64,000 nucleotides of DNA from Histomonas meleagridis 2922-C6/04-290x (taxonomy: Eukaryota; Protista; Parabasalia). The notes below the pieces were generated by a model. The model saw nothing but the letters and a program-made list of their open reading frames with translations. It ran no database searches and was not told the origin of the DNA. Position 1 is the stretch's first letter. Each line of letters starts with the position of its first letter. Location of the stretch: assembly GCA_020184695.1 (NCBI GenBank), contig JAANOX010000195.1, positions 50,862-114,861 of the forward strand. Direction: 5' to 3'. The position numbers and the translations under genes are program-made. Positions 50,409-61,315 of the stretch are shown piece by piece.

Positions 50409-50966
50409 TTACTTAAGGTATGTTGCCTTGCAAAGTCTTTCTTTTGGTGTTATTTTTGTTCTGTCTAATGGTTTACCAATTGCAACGGCCATGTTATAAT
50501 TGCCTTCACCAATTCCTAAATATTCTTCCATTCCTTTAGTATTACCCCAGTACAGGCATCCAAGTCCTAAAGTATCCAATCCAAAACTACGGGCTAACAT
50601 CATGATTGCCATACTTATAACACCAGCATCAACTTTCTTGAGGTCTTTATCAGCTCTTTCGTTAGACACAATGAAAATAATTGCTGAAGCATCACCTGTA
50701 ATTACATTCTTGCAGCCATATTCTTCTTTTCTCTTATTGAAAGTATCTTGTTGTTCCTTGCTCCATGAGTCAAAAATGATTTTTGTTGCTTCATCAATTT
50801 TCTTACGATCTGTAACAACAAGCAAATCATTTCCTTGGAAATTGCAAAAAGATGGACAATCTAAAACCATGTCAACAAGCTTATTGAGATCTGCTTCTGG
50901 AATTTCAAAGTTTGGATCAAAGTTACGGTAGCTTCTTCTTGAGTTGAATGCTTCAATCACGTCCAT
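50409..50966 (-). CDS. Nitroreductase-family flavoprotein
   Basis: MDVIEAFNSRRSYRNF FMN-binding start, CPSFCNFQ, DAGVISMAIMMLARSFGLDT, AVAIGKP. Confidence 0.9.
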   Translation of the reverse strand: MDVIEAFNSRRSYRNFDPNFEIPEADLNKLVDMVLDCPSFCNFQGNDLLVVTDRKKIDEATKIIFDSWSKEQQDTFNKRKEEYGCKNVITGDASAIIFIVSNERADKDLKKVDAGVISMAIMMLARSFGLDTLGLGCLYWGNTKGMEEYLGIGEGNYNMAVAIGKPLDRTKITPKERLCKATYLK

Positions 50967-51290
50967 TAAAAAGTGTGTCATTTCTTCATATCACATAACA
51001 TTTGACATGAATTTTTCAAAATGCTTTTGTGTGTTATCACAAAAGCGTTGCGACTTTTTGATAACATTATCATTCTCAAAAGGTGAAACATCCACGCGGA
51101 TTCAATATTTGAATGAAAATGATACAACCAAAAAGCGTTGTAAATTGTCGACCAACCCCCCGTCGGTTTTTAAGGCTCCCGACCAGCAGATTGAATACAT
51201 ATCGTTGCCTTAAGGCAAACACGACAAGAAAATTGGTAAAAAAAGTTAAATTATCCGATTATAAACATTTTCCTCAATATTGGTTAGATA

Positions 51291-52820
51291 ATGTTTTCAG
51301 ATTATTTTAACGGGATGCTATCACATCGTTCGTTGAAAAATTGCGGGATGCCTGACCATTCAACTTTACCAACTTCGGGGCAGCCCAAATATGCTTTAAT
51401 GGAATATAAGCAAAGTTCCTTAGGAAAAGATTTTTCTTTTCTTGATGAAAACGTTTGCTTTCCAATAACTACTACTGATAGTTCTGAGTGTGAGAAATTA
51501 CTTTTTTTTGATGATCTTCAAAAGTTTGAAAATTCATTAAATATCCAATCTGATGAACACTGTATTTCTTTAATGAAAAAAATTAGAGAATTCCTTATTG
51601 GTCATCGACCTAATTTTGGTGAACTTGAAAAATTTCATTTCCTTTCAAATTTAAGATTTTATACGTCAAATGAAAAATCACCAGAAGTCAAGAAATATGC
51701 GTTTGAATGTATTGCTACTTGTGTGTGTGCATTTCCAAATTTAATTACCAAAATTATTGATTTAAATCTTATTTTCCAATGCTTTGATGATCCTAATACT
51801 CCACTCTGTATTTTCCCACCGATTTTCAGACTAATTGGTAATCTTTTATATTATAGCGAACAATTCCGACAAATTTTGTTTCAAAAAATATCTCCAGATA
51901 AACTTATCGAAATCTCGTTTAAGGTCATAGAACATGGTACACAAGTCAATGAACCTATTACAGCTGTTTTTTATTGTATTTTCCAAATCGTAAATAAAGT
52001 TAGATTTGATCCTCAATACTATTTTCCATTTGCCGAAATCTTTCAAGAAAAGCTCAAAAAGAAAATATCAGCTGAAGCATGTTCAGATAACTCACATCTC
52101 TATGCCTTAAATGGAATATGGGACATACTCCAAAAAGAGAATGACGATTTAAGCGACGATGAAAAGCGCGAAATTATAGAACGAAATCATATACAGATTT
52201 TATTAAAAAGTTATTTCGAAGTCCTTGGTATTTATCGTGAAAAGCTTGCATGTTGTCGTATTATAACAACTTTTTTCCAATTATTTATACCACTTCAACA
52301 TAATTACATTGGAATTTTCTTTAATCTTCTTTGCGATCAAAATTTTCCATTTAGATACAAGCACAAACTTCTTGAAGAACTTATTTATATATCATTATCT
52401 CGTCCACCGGAATCAATGGTTCCATTTTATACAAGAGATGTAATAAATTATTTATGTGTTTTATGTGAAAATGAAAAATTTAATATCAAATATAATTCTT
52501 TCATCTTGTTGTCACGTATGATATTACATGCAAATGAAGATCAAATTAAAGATTTGTTTTTCGATATAAAAATTTTCCAAATTTTCTTCGGCATACTTGA
52601 AAGTGATGTTAATATGTTTGATAAAGATGCGTTTGTTGCTTTCGATAATTTAATTTCATGCGCAAAATTTATTGATGATGAAAATACTCAAAAAATATTA
52701 GATGATGTTGATGGATATCAAATAATGGATGAGTTAATGAGCGAGCCGGATTTGGAACAATCAACTGTCTCTTGTCTAATAACGATTGCTGGGACAATGG
52801 GAATCAGTTATTCTGAATAA
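51291..52820 (+). CDS. Hypothetical ARM-like helical protein
   Basis: 509-aa ORF (TTG start; in-frame ATGs shortly downstream); composition like 2541..3974. Confidence 0.62.
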   Translation: MFSDYFNGMLSHRSLKNCGMPDHSTLPTSGQPKYALMEYKQSSLGKDFSFLDENVCFPITTTDSSECEKLLFFDDLQKFENSLNIQSDEHCISLMKKIREFLIGHRPNFGELEKFHFLSNLRFYTSNEKSPEVKKYAFECIATCVCAFPNLITKIIDLNLIFQCFDDPNTPLCIFPPIFRLIGNLLYYSEQFRQILFQKISPDKLIEISFKVIEHGTQVNEPITAVFYCIFQIVNKVRFDPQYYFPFAEIFQEKLKKKISAEACSDNSHLYALNGIWDILQKENDDLSDDEKREIIERNHIQILLKSYFEVLGIYREKLACCRIITTFFQLFIPLQHNYIGIFFNLLCDQNFPFRYKHKLLEELIYISLSRPPESMVPFYTRDVINYLCVLCENEKFNIKYNSFILLSRMILHANEDQIKDLFFDIKIFQIFFGILESDVNMFDKDAFVAFDNLISCAKFIDDENTQKILDDVDGYQIMDELMSEPDLEQSTVSCLITIAGTMGISYSE

Positions 52821-53201
52821 AATTTTTAATTCTCCTTTTTTGTTTTTCTTAGATTTATATCGATTTTAAAATATGATTTAAAAAATGTTTTGAGTAAATT
52901 AATAATTGTTATGGCGATTTGTATTATTATTATCCTTTCATTAAGATTTTTCTATAAGAAACATATTATTAAAAATCAAATCTATACACTATAAAGTCAA
53001 TGCAAATAAAAGAGAAACAGAAATCCACTTATCAATATTTAATATTTTTTTTTCCAAGTGATAAACATAAATAATTTTTTTTGACAATTTTTTCATCTTT
53101 ATAATAAACAATGACTCATGCAGACATGTTTTTTATATTAACTTAGTGTAACACATATACGAAAGAGATAAAATTTATAGACGATAATATTTTACTATAA
53201 A

Positions 53202-54947
53202 TTATAATGGAGAAAACACAGCATGTTCCATAATGAAATGCTTTACTTTCTCGCTATCATTTAACAGCGGCACATTACATTCTGTACATTTCTTTTCATT
53301 TTCATCGAACAAATTCAATTTCATTTTCAACAATTTACTTCTCATCAACGAAAATATTTTTTTATGCAAATCTTTTGGCAAATTCTTAACTGCGAATTCG
53401 TATTTCTCGCAAATACTTTTACTCACAATAGAAAAATGTGGATGACTATATAACATATGCACGAACAATTTCGAAGGTGTAAACAATTTTTTATCGCATA
53501 AATTACAATGTATTAAATTATCATTATCAATTGTTACTAAGTTTAACTTGTTAATTATAAAGAAACCATTTTCTTCATAACGATCTGAATGTGATTTTCG
53601 GCCATAAAATTCTTCAAATAAATCCGAATGTTGTATCCAACAATGATCAGAAAGTTTTTGATAATTCTCAAACGATTTGTTACATATGTTACAATAATTT
53701 CCTTTTCCTTCATCATAATTAATTGGTTGAAATGTTTTTCCAGTATCAAAATTAAGTCTCTTTAAGTCTTTCTCTAAAAATGAAAGTGTGAATGGACAAT
53801 TGACATATAAATTAGAAGCTAAATATTTCATAAATGTATCACGTACGTTAAATTCGTAATTATTAATATCATTTTTGTCAATATGAACATCATAACAATG
53901 TAACATAGAGCCATTAAATGACATTTTATATTTGAAACAATGTAAACATCCAATTCCTAATGGCTTTTGGATACAATATCCGCGTAATAAAAACTCAGAG
54001 GCAAGATTCATTTGTGCTATAAAGATCTTTTTCTCTTCAGAGGTTTTATTTGGCAACATATAATAAAAGATTAAATCATTACTTCGATTAAGATAAAAAT
54101 CATCTTCATCATTAACTTCAATATTTAATTCACGTGTCTTACGTAAAACTAATTCTTTGATGGGTAGATTTGGTATGATCTCGTATTTGCTGGGCGACGT
54201 ATTGCTTTCAATTGCAAAAAGTGGATCTTCATTGATGATATTATGGGATTCAATGGATTTCTGAGATTTCGATGACGGTTTATCTGATGGCGGCGGTTTT
54301 GGTATTTCTGTGCCATATTTCTCAATGAAGGAGTTATATATTTGAAGAATAGCATAGGCATCATGTGACGCATAAAGGACTTGAAGAATGCTTAGTGGGC
54401 GAAGGCTCCAGTTAGAACATTGGACTTTTTTATCTTTAAATTGTGCACATGGCTCACCAATAAATTCATGAGTTAATGCACCAAAATTGAGTGTTAAACC
54501 AAATGCATTAAGGCGCGTGTGAATATCTTCGATTTCAAGCCTAACACCAGAAAAATTTAAGAAATGTTTCTTATCTTCAGAAACTCCTTTGCCAACAAAT
54601 TTAGCTGATTGATGAAATTTTGTAATAGCTTCAACACCATCCTTACCGTTTGCTGTTACAACAAGAACACCTTTGCTTGAAGCATATTGAAATGTATCAA
54701 GATCATTTTTTGAGTGCATAAATTTTTGGGCCCACTCAAAGTCAGCACTAATCCATTTTCCATCAATAAGGTTTTGAAGTATTTGTGAAAGATGAGGATC
54801 AGATGCATCAATTACAGTCACAGGAATAATTTTATTTGGATAAAATTCAACTTTTCGTGTTTCCCCAGAACTCCATTTGTATTTTGAGTAGTACTGTAAA
54901 GGAAGATATTTTTCTCCAAAATGTATTTCAGGAAAGCAAACCCTCAT
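53202..54947 (-). CDS. DEDDy 3'-5' exonuclease (WRN/EXD-like) with C-terminal C2H2 zinc fingers
   Basis: ISADFEW (ExoI), SNWSLRPLSILQVLYASHDAY (ExoIII); CxxC..H..H motifs CNICNK..HCWIQH, CNLCDK..HMLYSH, CTECNV..HFIMEH. Confidence 0.85.
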   Translation of the reverse strand: MRVCFPEIHFGEKYLPLQYYSKYKWSSGETRKVEFYPNKIIPVTVIDASDPHLSQILQNLIDGKWISADFEWAQKFMHSKNDLDTFQYASSKGVLVVTANGKDGVEAITKFHQSAKFVGKGVSEDKKHFLNFSGVRLEIEDIHTRLNAFGLTLNFGALTHEFIGEPCAQFKDKKVQCSNWSLRPLSILQVLYASHDAYAILQIYNSFIEKYGTEIPKPPPSDKPSSKSQKSIESHNIINEDPLFAIESNTSPSKYEIIPNLPIKELVLRKTRELNIEVNDEDDFYLNRSNDLIFYYMLPNKTSEEKKIFIAQMNLASEFLLRGYCIQKPLGIGCLHCFKYKMSFNGSMLHCYDVHIDKNDINNYEFNVRDTFMKYLASNLYVNCPFTLSFLEKDLKRLNFDTGKTFQPINYDEGKGNYCNICNKSFENYQKLSDHCWIQHSDLFEEFYGRKSHSDRYEENGFFIINKLNLVTIDNDNLIHCNLCDKKLFTPSKLFVHMLYSHPHFSIVSKSICEKYEFAVKNLPKDLHKKIFSLMRSKLLKMKLNLFDENEKKCTECNVPLLNDSEKVKHFIMEHAVFSPL

Positions 54948-55045
54948 TTAATTGGAATTGAAAAACCGCCAAAAAGTCTTTTAGAACGTTATGTACAATT
55001 GACTAATTATAAGAATTAAAATATATTCTTTTTTATGAAATCGGT

Positions 55046-55119
55046 GCCATCGTAGCTCAATCGGCTAGAGCATAAGACTCTTAATCTTGGGGTTGCGGGT
55101 TCGAGTCCCGCCGGTGGCT
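55046..55119 (+). tRNA. tRNA-Lys(CTT)
   Basis: Acceptor GCCATCG/CGGTGGC, D-arm GCTC/GAGC, anticodon arm TAAGA-CTCTTAA-TCTTG, T-arm GCGGG-TTCGAGT-CCCGC. Confidence 0.95.
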
Positions 55120-55124
55120 TTTTT
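55119..55124 (+). terminator. Pol III oligo-T terminator
   Basis: T6 run immediately 3' of the tRNA acceptor stem. Confidence 0.7.
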
Positions 55125-55335
55125 GCTTTCAAAAGTTTTTTTTTTAGATATGAATTCAATAATTTTTTCCACTTTTTTTGTTTCCATACTGAAAACAAGT
55201 TTAAAAATTTTGGAAAACTTGCTTTTTCTTTCGGAGTTGGAGTGGAGAAGGATATTTAAAGAAAGTTGGAGCTATGAATTTGAAAACTTCATGTATAAAC
55301 GGCCGCAACCGTTGATATGCTGGGCCAAAACCGTT

Positions 55336-55340
55336 CCTTT
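55336..55340 (+). promoter_or_regulatory. M5-like core promoter element CCTTT
   Basis: 7 nt before the RPL23 ATG; AACCGTTG (M3-like) at 55307-55314. Confidence 0.65.
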
Positions 55341-55347
55341 TTCGAGG

Positions 55348-55770
55348 ATGTCAAAGAGAGGACGTACAGGACAACAAGGTACAAAGTTTGCAATGACTCT
55401 TGCTCTTCCAGTAGGCGCAGTTGTTCAATGCGCTGATAATTCAGGAGCAAAAACAATGTTTGTTATTTCAAAGCGTGGTCACAAAGGAAGACTTAACAGA
55501 CTTCCAGCTGCTACAGTTTCTGATTTGATCGTTGTTACAATCAAAAAAGGTAAGCCAACACTCCGTAAGAAAGTTATGTGCGCAGTTATTGTTCGTCAAA
55601 AGCGCTTATGGCGTAGAAAGGATGGTGTTGTCATTGGGTTCGAAGATAACGCTGGAGTTGTTATTAATGACAAAGGTGAAATGAAAGGATCAGCTATCAC
55701 CGGGCCAGTTGCCAAAGAATGTGCCGAACTTTGGCCAAAGATTGCATCTGTTGCACCTGCAGTTTTCTAA
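55348..55770 (+). CDS. RPL23: 60S ribosomal protein L23 (uL14)
   Basis: [50 protein letters not shown]. Confidence 0.97.
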   Translation: MSKRGRTGQQGTKFAMTLALPVGAVVQCADNSGAKTMFVISKRGHKGRLNRLPAATVSDLIVVTIKKGKPTLRKKVMCAVIVRQKRLWRRKDGVVIGFEDNAGVVINDKGEMKGSAITGPVAKECAELWPKIASVAPAVF

Positions 55771-55845
55771 AATTCATTTCTTACTCCGCTCAACAAACCT
55801 TTTTTAGAATTGTTTAGTTTTTCTTTGCAATGTATCATCCATTTT

Positions 55846-57090
55846 TCAACACAAAAAATGATTTATGAGTTCAACAAGTTTCATAAACATAAAGACAAGT
55901 GAATAATATATTAATCCAAGAGTTGCAACATAAGGACCTGGTGTCTTTGAAATTGTCTTAAACACATTTTCTTTCCTTTCCTCCATATAGTATGCTTCTT
56001 GAACTCTTTCTGCTACACTTTCCCACGAAAACATTTTTGATATAATTTTATGAGAATTTTCACCTGTTGATTTCTTTTCAGCAATAGCTCTTAAAATTGC
56101 ATCCGAAATCATTTTTGGACAAGGTGGTACCAATGTTCTTAATTGGTCTGGAAGAACTTCAGGAATTCCTCCAGTGTCAGTTGAAATTACATACAAACCA
56201 CAAGCAGCAGCCTCAACATTAGAAATACAAAAAGCATCTGTTAAAGAGCAATTCATGAAAAAATGACCACGTTGTAAAACAGAAGCTATTTTATCATGTG
56301 AAACATTACCAAGTAACTCTATTCTTGATTTATAAGGTGAAGATTCCACATAATTTTTCATCTCACTAAACATAGAACCATCACCTGCTATAACCCATCT
56401 TGATTCATTATTACCAGAACAAACATTTTGCACAATAATTTTTATCATATCGCTCCCTCTTCTTTTTTCAAAACGTGTGACGGCTATTATCGTTGGATAG
56501 TTTGGGGCGGCCTCGTTTCTGGGTTTAAAAACCGTTGTATCGACTCCGTTAGGAATGACGGTTATATTTGCAGAAACTCCAACTCTTGCTTGCAAGTTTT
56601 GCTTCTGAAGGTTTGTAACAGCAATAATCTGGTCACAACAATGTAAAAATGGCGATATTGATAAATTAAGATGAAGCGCTCCAACAACACTTAAACTAAG
56701 CAATGAATGTTCCGTGAAAAATACCTTAAGTCCCATAATTTGTGCAATAACGCCAGCTTCAAAGCCAATAGAAGAAGTAGCTTGATGACAGTGTACATGC
56801 GTAATTTTTTCTTTAACGAAAATGTTATATAATTGAGGAACAGAGAACCAAAATGTTGTAACACTACTTCCAACTCCAAGTGTACACCTTTTTAAAAAAT
56901 ATACTTTCAATTTATTGAACAAAATTATTTCATTTTTATATTTTTTTCCTCTGTTTCTCGTAATCACAATCACTTTGTGACCAAATGAAATTAAATGATT
57001 CGATAGTTCTAAAATATGTGTTTCAATTCCACCAACGCTTGGGTAAAAAAAGTCTGAGCAAAAACAAATTTTCAGCTTTTTTCTACTCAT
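55846..57090 (-). CDS. PIGA: GPI N-acetylglucosaminyltransferase subunit A (GT4)
   Basis: ICFCSDFFYPSVGGIETHI, VFFTEHSL, VIPNGVD, SLTDAFCISNVEAAACGL. Confidence 0.92.
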   Translation of the reverse strand: MSRKKLKICFCSDFFYPSVGGIETHILELSNHLISFGHKVIVITRNRGKKYKNEIILFNKLKVYFLKRCTLGVGSSVTTFWFSVPQLYNIFVKEKITHVHCHQATSSIGFEAGVIAQIMGLKVFFTEHSLLSLSVVGALHLNLSISPFLHCCDQIIAVTNLQKQNLQARVGVSANITVIPNGVDTTVFKPRNEAAPNYPTIIAVTRFEKRRGSDMIKIIVQNVCSGNNESRWVIAGDGSMFSEMKNYVESSPYKSRIELLGNVSHDKIASVLQRGHFFMNCSLTDAFCISNVEAAACGLYVISTDTGGIPEVLPDQLRTLVPPCPKMISDAILRAIAEKKSTGENSHKIISKMFSWESVAERVQEAYYMEERKENVFKTISKTPGPYVATLGLIYYSLVFMFMKLVELINHFLC

Positions 57091-57426
57091 TTTTAAAAAT
57101 GCTTTTTTATGATTTATAAAATGTAATAAAATATGAAAAACCTTTTTCTTTTACATATGTAATTCTCTCAAATGTTAAACATTCTGTTGGTTTCTTCGTT
57201 GACTGTTTTATTTCATTTTTTATGAAGGAAAAAATGTATGAAGAATTGTATATAAAGTTCAACATTATAATATTCAGCTTTGAAGTTTCCGTTCTTAAAA
57301 AAATGTATATTGGTGATCACGGTAATGACCACAAAATTAATTTATGAAATCTTTTTTTTTTTTTTTGTTTAAATATTCATGTTTCAAAATTTTAAAGAAT
57401 TTTATTGTTTATTAAAATGTTAGGAT

Positions 57427-57443
57427 TATATATATATATATAT
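57427..57443. repeat. (TA)n microsatellite
   Basis: About 8 TA units. Confidence 0.85.
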
Positions 57444-57520
57444 CATAAAAAAAATAAAATAGATTTTAATATGTTCTATTGCTTATATAAAAATCAGATA
57501 GAAATAATAACTTTCTTTTG

Positions 57521-59550
57521 TCAAGTAAGCATTTCGATTATTTCTGTATGACCTTCTGATAATGCCCAAATAAGTGCTGTTTCAAATAATTTAAATAATT
57601 TCCAAATATTATTTTGAAATTTTATATTATCAAAATAAATTTCAAATAAAGCAATCAAATATCTCTCACATTAATATCAATTCCTTCTTGATTAAGAAGT
57701 AATTTAACTATTTCTATATGAACATTTTTAGATGCATACATAAGTGCTGTATTAAATAATTTATATAATTTCCAAATATTATTTTGAAATATAAAATTAT
57801 TAACATTAATTTCGAATAAAACAAATAAATATCTTTAGCATTAATATCAATTCCTTCTTGTTCAAGAAGTAATTTAACTATTTCTGTAGAACCATTTGAA
57901 GATGCCCAAATAAGTGCTGTATCAAATAATTTAATTAATCTCCGAATATTATTTTGAAATTTTATATTATCAAAATAAATTTCAAATAAAGCAATCAAAT
58001 ATCTCTCACATTAATATCAATTCCTTCTTGATTAAGAAGTAATTTAACTATTTCTATATGAACATTTTTAGATGCATACATAAGTGCTGTATTAAATAAT
58101 TTATATAATTTCCAAATATTATTTTGAAATATAAAATTATTAACATTAATTTCGAATAAAACAAATAAATATCTTTAGCATTAATATCAATTCCTTCTTG
58201 TTCAAGAAGTAATTTAACTATTTCTGTACGACCATTTAAAGATGCAAATATAAGTGCTGTATAAAATAATTTAAATAATTTCCAAATATTATTTTGAAAT
58301 ATAAAATTATTAAAATAAATTCTAAGTAAAATAAATAAATATCTTTAGCATTAATATCAATTCCTTCTTGTTCAAGAAGTAATTTAACTATTTCTGTATG
58401 ACCATTTTTTGATGCACATATAAGTGCTGTGTAAAATAATTTAAATAATTTCCAAACATTATCATGAAATTTTAAATTATAAAAACAAAGATCAAGCAAC
58501 TCATAAAAATATTTTTATCATTAATATTAGATCCTTTTTGTTGAAGAAGCAATTTAACTACCTTTTCATGTCCATATTTAGATGCACAAATAAGTGCGGT
58601 TTTAAATAATTATATCAATTTCCAAATATTATTTTGATAAAAAATAATTTTAAAATAAACAAGAATTAATATATATAAATATCTCGAGCATTTATAAAAA
58701 TTTCTTCTTGTTTAAGAAGTAATTCGACTATATCTGCATAACCAAATTTAGATGCATAAATGAGTTCTGTTTCAAATAATTTAAATAATTTTTAAATATA
58801 ATATTGAAATTTTAAATTATTGTAGAGTATATTGTATATAATATTTAAATATTTTTAGCATTAATATAAATTCCTTCTTGTTCAAGAAGTAATTTAACCA
58901 ATTTTGCGTTACCACTTAAAACCGCACTTAAAAGAGCTGTATAAAACAATTTAAATAATTTCCAAATATTGATTTAAAATATAATATTATTGGGGTAAAT
59001 TTTATATAAAACAAATAAAAACTAACAATATTAATGTCAATATTTTCTTGTGTCAGTAGAAGTTTAACTATATCTATTTTACCACACGCAGATGCACAAA
59101 TAAGTGCTGTTTCAATTATTTTGAATAAATACCAATTTTAATATTGAAACATAATTTTATTAAAATCAATATTAAATTATTAAAATAAATATAAAATAAA
59201 ACAAACAAATATCTTTAGCATTAATATCAATTCCTTCTTGTTCTAAAAGTAATTTAACGATTTCTATATGACCTTTTTCTGATGCTAAAATAAGTGCTGT
59301 ATAAAATAATTTAAATAATTTTCAAATATTATTTTGAAATATAAAATAATTAAAATAAATATAAAATAAAACAAATAAATATCTTTACCATTAATATCAA
59401 TTCCTTCTTGTTCAAGAAGTAATTTAACTATTTCTGTATAACCATTTTTAGATGCAATTATTAGTGGAGTTCCAAATAATTCAAATAATTAATAAATCTT
59501 ATTTTAATACCCAAAATTAATGAAATAAATTTTAAACAACACAAATGAAT
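57521..59550 (-). repeat. Ankyrin tandem array 2: 12 ankyrin modules separated by frame-breaking spacers, period 170 nt
   Basis: Thr codons start (minus strand) at 59470, 59300, 59110, 58940, 58770, 58600, 58430, 58260, 58090, 57920, 57750, 57580; last module ends EIIEMLT-TGA at 57523-57521. Confidence 0.95.
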
Positions 59551-60720
59551 ATCTTTTACATTGATATCAATTACATTTTGCTCCAAAATGTAATTTACAA
59601 GTTCAATATTTCCTGATTTTGTAGCATAAATCATAATATATTTTGGAATGGGATTAAAATTAAGAAAATGTTTAATAAGAAATATATTTCCAATTTCTGC
59701 TACTTCATTTATAAGTTCATCGTTAATTTTCATTCCTTCTTTAAGTAAGAATGAGAAAATTTCAAAGTTATAATATAAAACACAAAACTTTCCTATTTCT
59801 TCTAAATTATTAATATTTTCTAATTTCTTTTCATATATATATTTAAAGATATCATTTTGATGAAAAATAATTGCTGCTTCATATGCACCTTTAAATGATG
59901 AATGATTTTGTTCACATAAATGAATTATTTCTTCATTTCCACCTGCAACTGCATGTTTGCCTGTATTATTTACATTTACATTATTTATAAGTAAATATTT
60001 AAAACATTTAACTGAAGAAAAAAATGCTGCATAATCAATTAATGAAACATTATCTTTGTTAACAAATGAGCATCTTTCATAAAGTGATGGTTTAATTTTT
60101 TGATTAAAATCAAAATTATTTTGTGATGATATTTCTTGAAGTTTTTCTATTTCATCATTTCGAATAATTTTTGCAATTTCATTCTGATTGGTTCCTTCTT
60201 CAATTAACTTCTTATGAAGTTCCCAATTGTTCTTCGAAAGTTGTTCATAATTGTCTTGAATTTCTCCCATAAAATATTCATATTTAATCTTTTTAATTTC
60301 ATCATTTGTTAAGCGATGTATAAAATATGGTTCAGTTATTTTACTTTTTGAATCTATTAAATTTTGTTTAATCATTTTCTCAATAAGAAAAAATGCTTCT
60401 TGTTTATAATTACTAAGAAGAAAATTCGCAAATGTATCAAATATTTTGAATTTGATTTTGTTGGAATTTTCGAATTTTTCAATTTCTTTTAATATAAGAA
60501 AACATATTTCATAATCATTTATATTTAGCATAAATGAAATAAATACAATTTGAACAATATAGATATTAAAGGAAATTGGATAATTTTCATCAAAATTTTG
60601 GATTATTAAATTTATTGACTGAGTGATATTTTCTTTATTAATACAAAAGATTACGTGCTTGATTGATAAAAGTGTTTCCCATTTATCTTGAAATTTTTGA
60701 TTGACATTTTTAGATTCCAT
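59461..60720 (-). CDS. DUF3447-type ankyrin protein 2, N-terminal ORF (coding probably continues to 57521)
   Basis: Same motifs as 28325..29662 (IIRNDEIEKLQ, LIDYAAFFSSVKCFKYLL, AVAGGNEEIIHLCEQ); leaves frame in spacer 59550-59471. Confidence 0.88.
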   Translation of the reverse strand: MESKNVNQKFQDKWETLLSIKHVIFCINKENITQSINLIIQNFDENYPISFNIYIVQIVFISFMLNINDYEICFLILKEIEKFENSNKIKFKIFDTFANFLLSNYKQEAFFLIEKMIKQNLIDSKSKITEPYFIHRLTNDEIKKIKYEYFMGEIQDNYEQLSKNNWELHKKLIEEGTNQNEIAKIIRNDEIEKLQEISSQNNFDFNQKIKPSLYERCSFVNKDNVSLIDYAAFFSSVKCFKYLLINNVNVNNTGKHAVAGGNEEIIHLCEQNHSSFKGAYEAAIIFHQNDIFKYIYEKKLENINNLEEIGKFCVLYYNFEIFSFLLKEGMKINDELINEVAEIGNIFLIKHFLNFNPIPKYIMIYATKSGNIELVNYILEQNVIDINVKDIHLCCLKFISLILGIKIRFINYLNYLELH

Positions 60721-60784
60721 CAGACATTAAGAAACCCGTTTATTTTGCAAACTTTATACTTGACACTTTTTCGGTTTGTGTTGG

Positions 60785-60789
60785 CCTTT
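60785..60789 (+). promoter_or_regulatory. M5-like core promoter element CCTTT
   Basis: 7 nt before the RPL11 ATG, same spacing as at RPL23. Confidence 0.65.
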
Positions 60790-60796
60790 TAACAAA

Positions 60797-61315
60797 ATGG
60801 CCCAGAAACAAAATAAGCTTAATGAAATCCGCGTTTCAAAACTTTGCATCAACATTAACCCAGGTTCAGTTGGTGATCAAGTTACACGTGCATCACGCGT
60901 TATCGAACAATTAACAAAACAAAAGGCAATGCTTGCACGCTCACACCGTACAATTCCAAAGTTTGGTGTTCGTCGTAATGATAAGATTGCTGCTTATGTT
61001 ACAGTTCGTGGTCAAAATGCACTTAAGATCTTGAATGATGCTCTTCAAGTTCATGATTTTGAAATCAGCTCACATTGCTTTTCAAGCACAGGTAACTTTG
61101 GCTTCGGTATCAAGGAACATATTGATCTTGGTCTTAAGTACGATCGTGATATTGGTATCCATGGTATGGATCTCTATGTTGTTCTTGAACGCCCTGGAGC
61201 ACGTGTTGCCAAAAGGAAGCACTGCCGCTCAAGGATTGGTCCAAAACAGAGGGTTACTAAGGAAGAAGCTAAGGAATGGTACATTCAAAAATTCCAAGGC
61301 ACACTCCTTAAATAA
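60797..61315 (+). CDS. RPL11: 60S ribosomal protein L11 (uL5)
   Basis: KLCININPG..RASRVIEQLT..FGVRRNDKIA..GNFGFGIKEHIDLGLKYD..GIHGMD. Confidence 0.97.
   Translation: MAQKQNKLNEIRVSKLCININPGSVGDQVTRASRVIEQLTKQKAMLARSHRTIPKFGVRRNDKIAAYVTVRGQNALKILNDALQVHDFEISSHCFSSTGNFGFGIKEHIDLGLKYDRDIGIHGMDLYVVLERPGARVAKRKHCRSRIGPKQRVTKEEAKEWYIQKFQGTLLK

Noticed and set aside
55087-55347. N-terminal extension of RPL23 in the ORF track
   Set aside because: Runs through the tRNA; the conserved start is MSKRGR at 55348, preceded by CCTTT.
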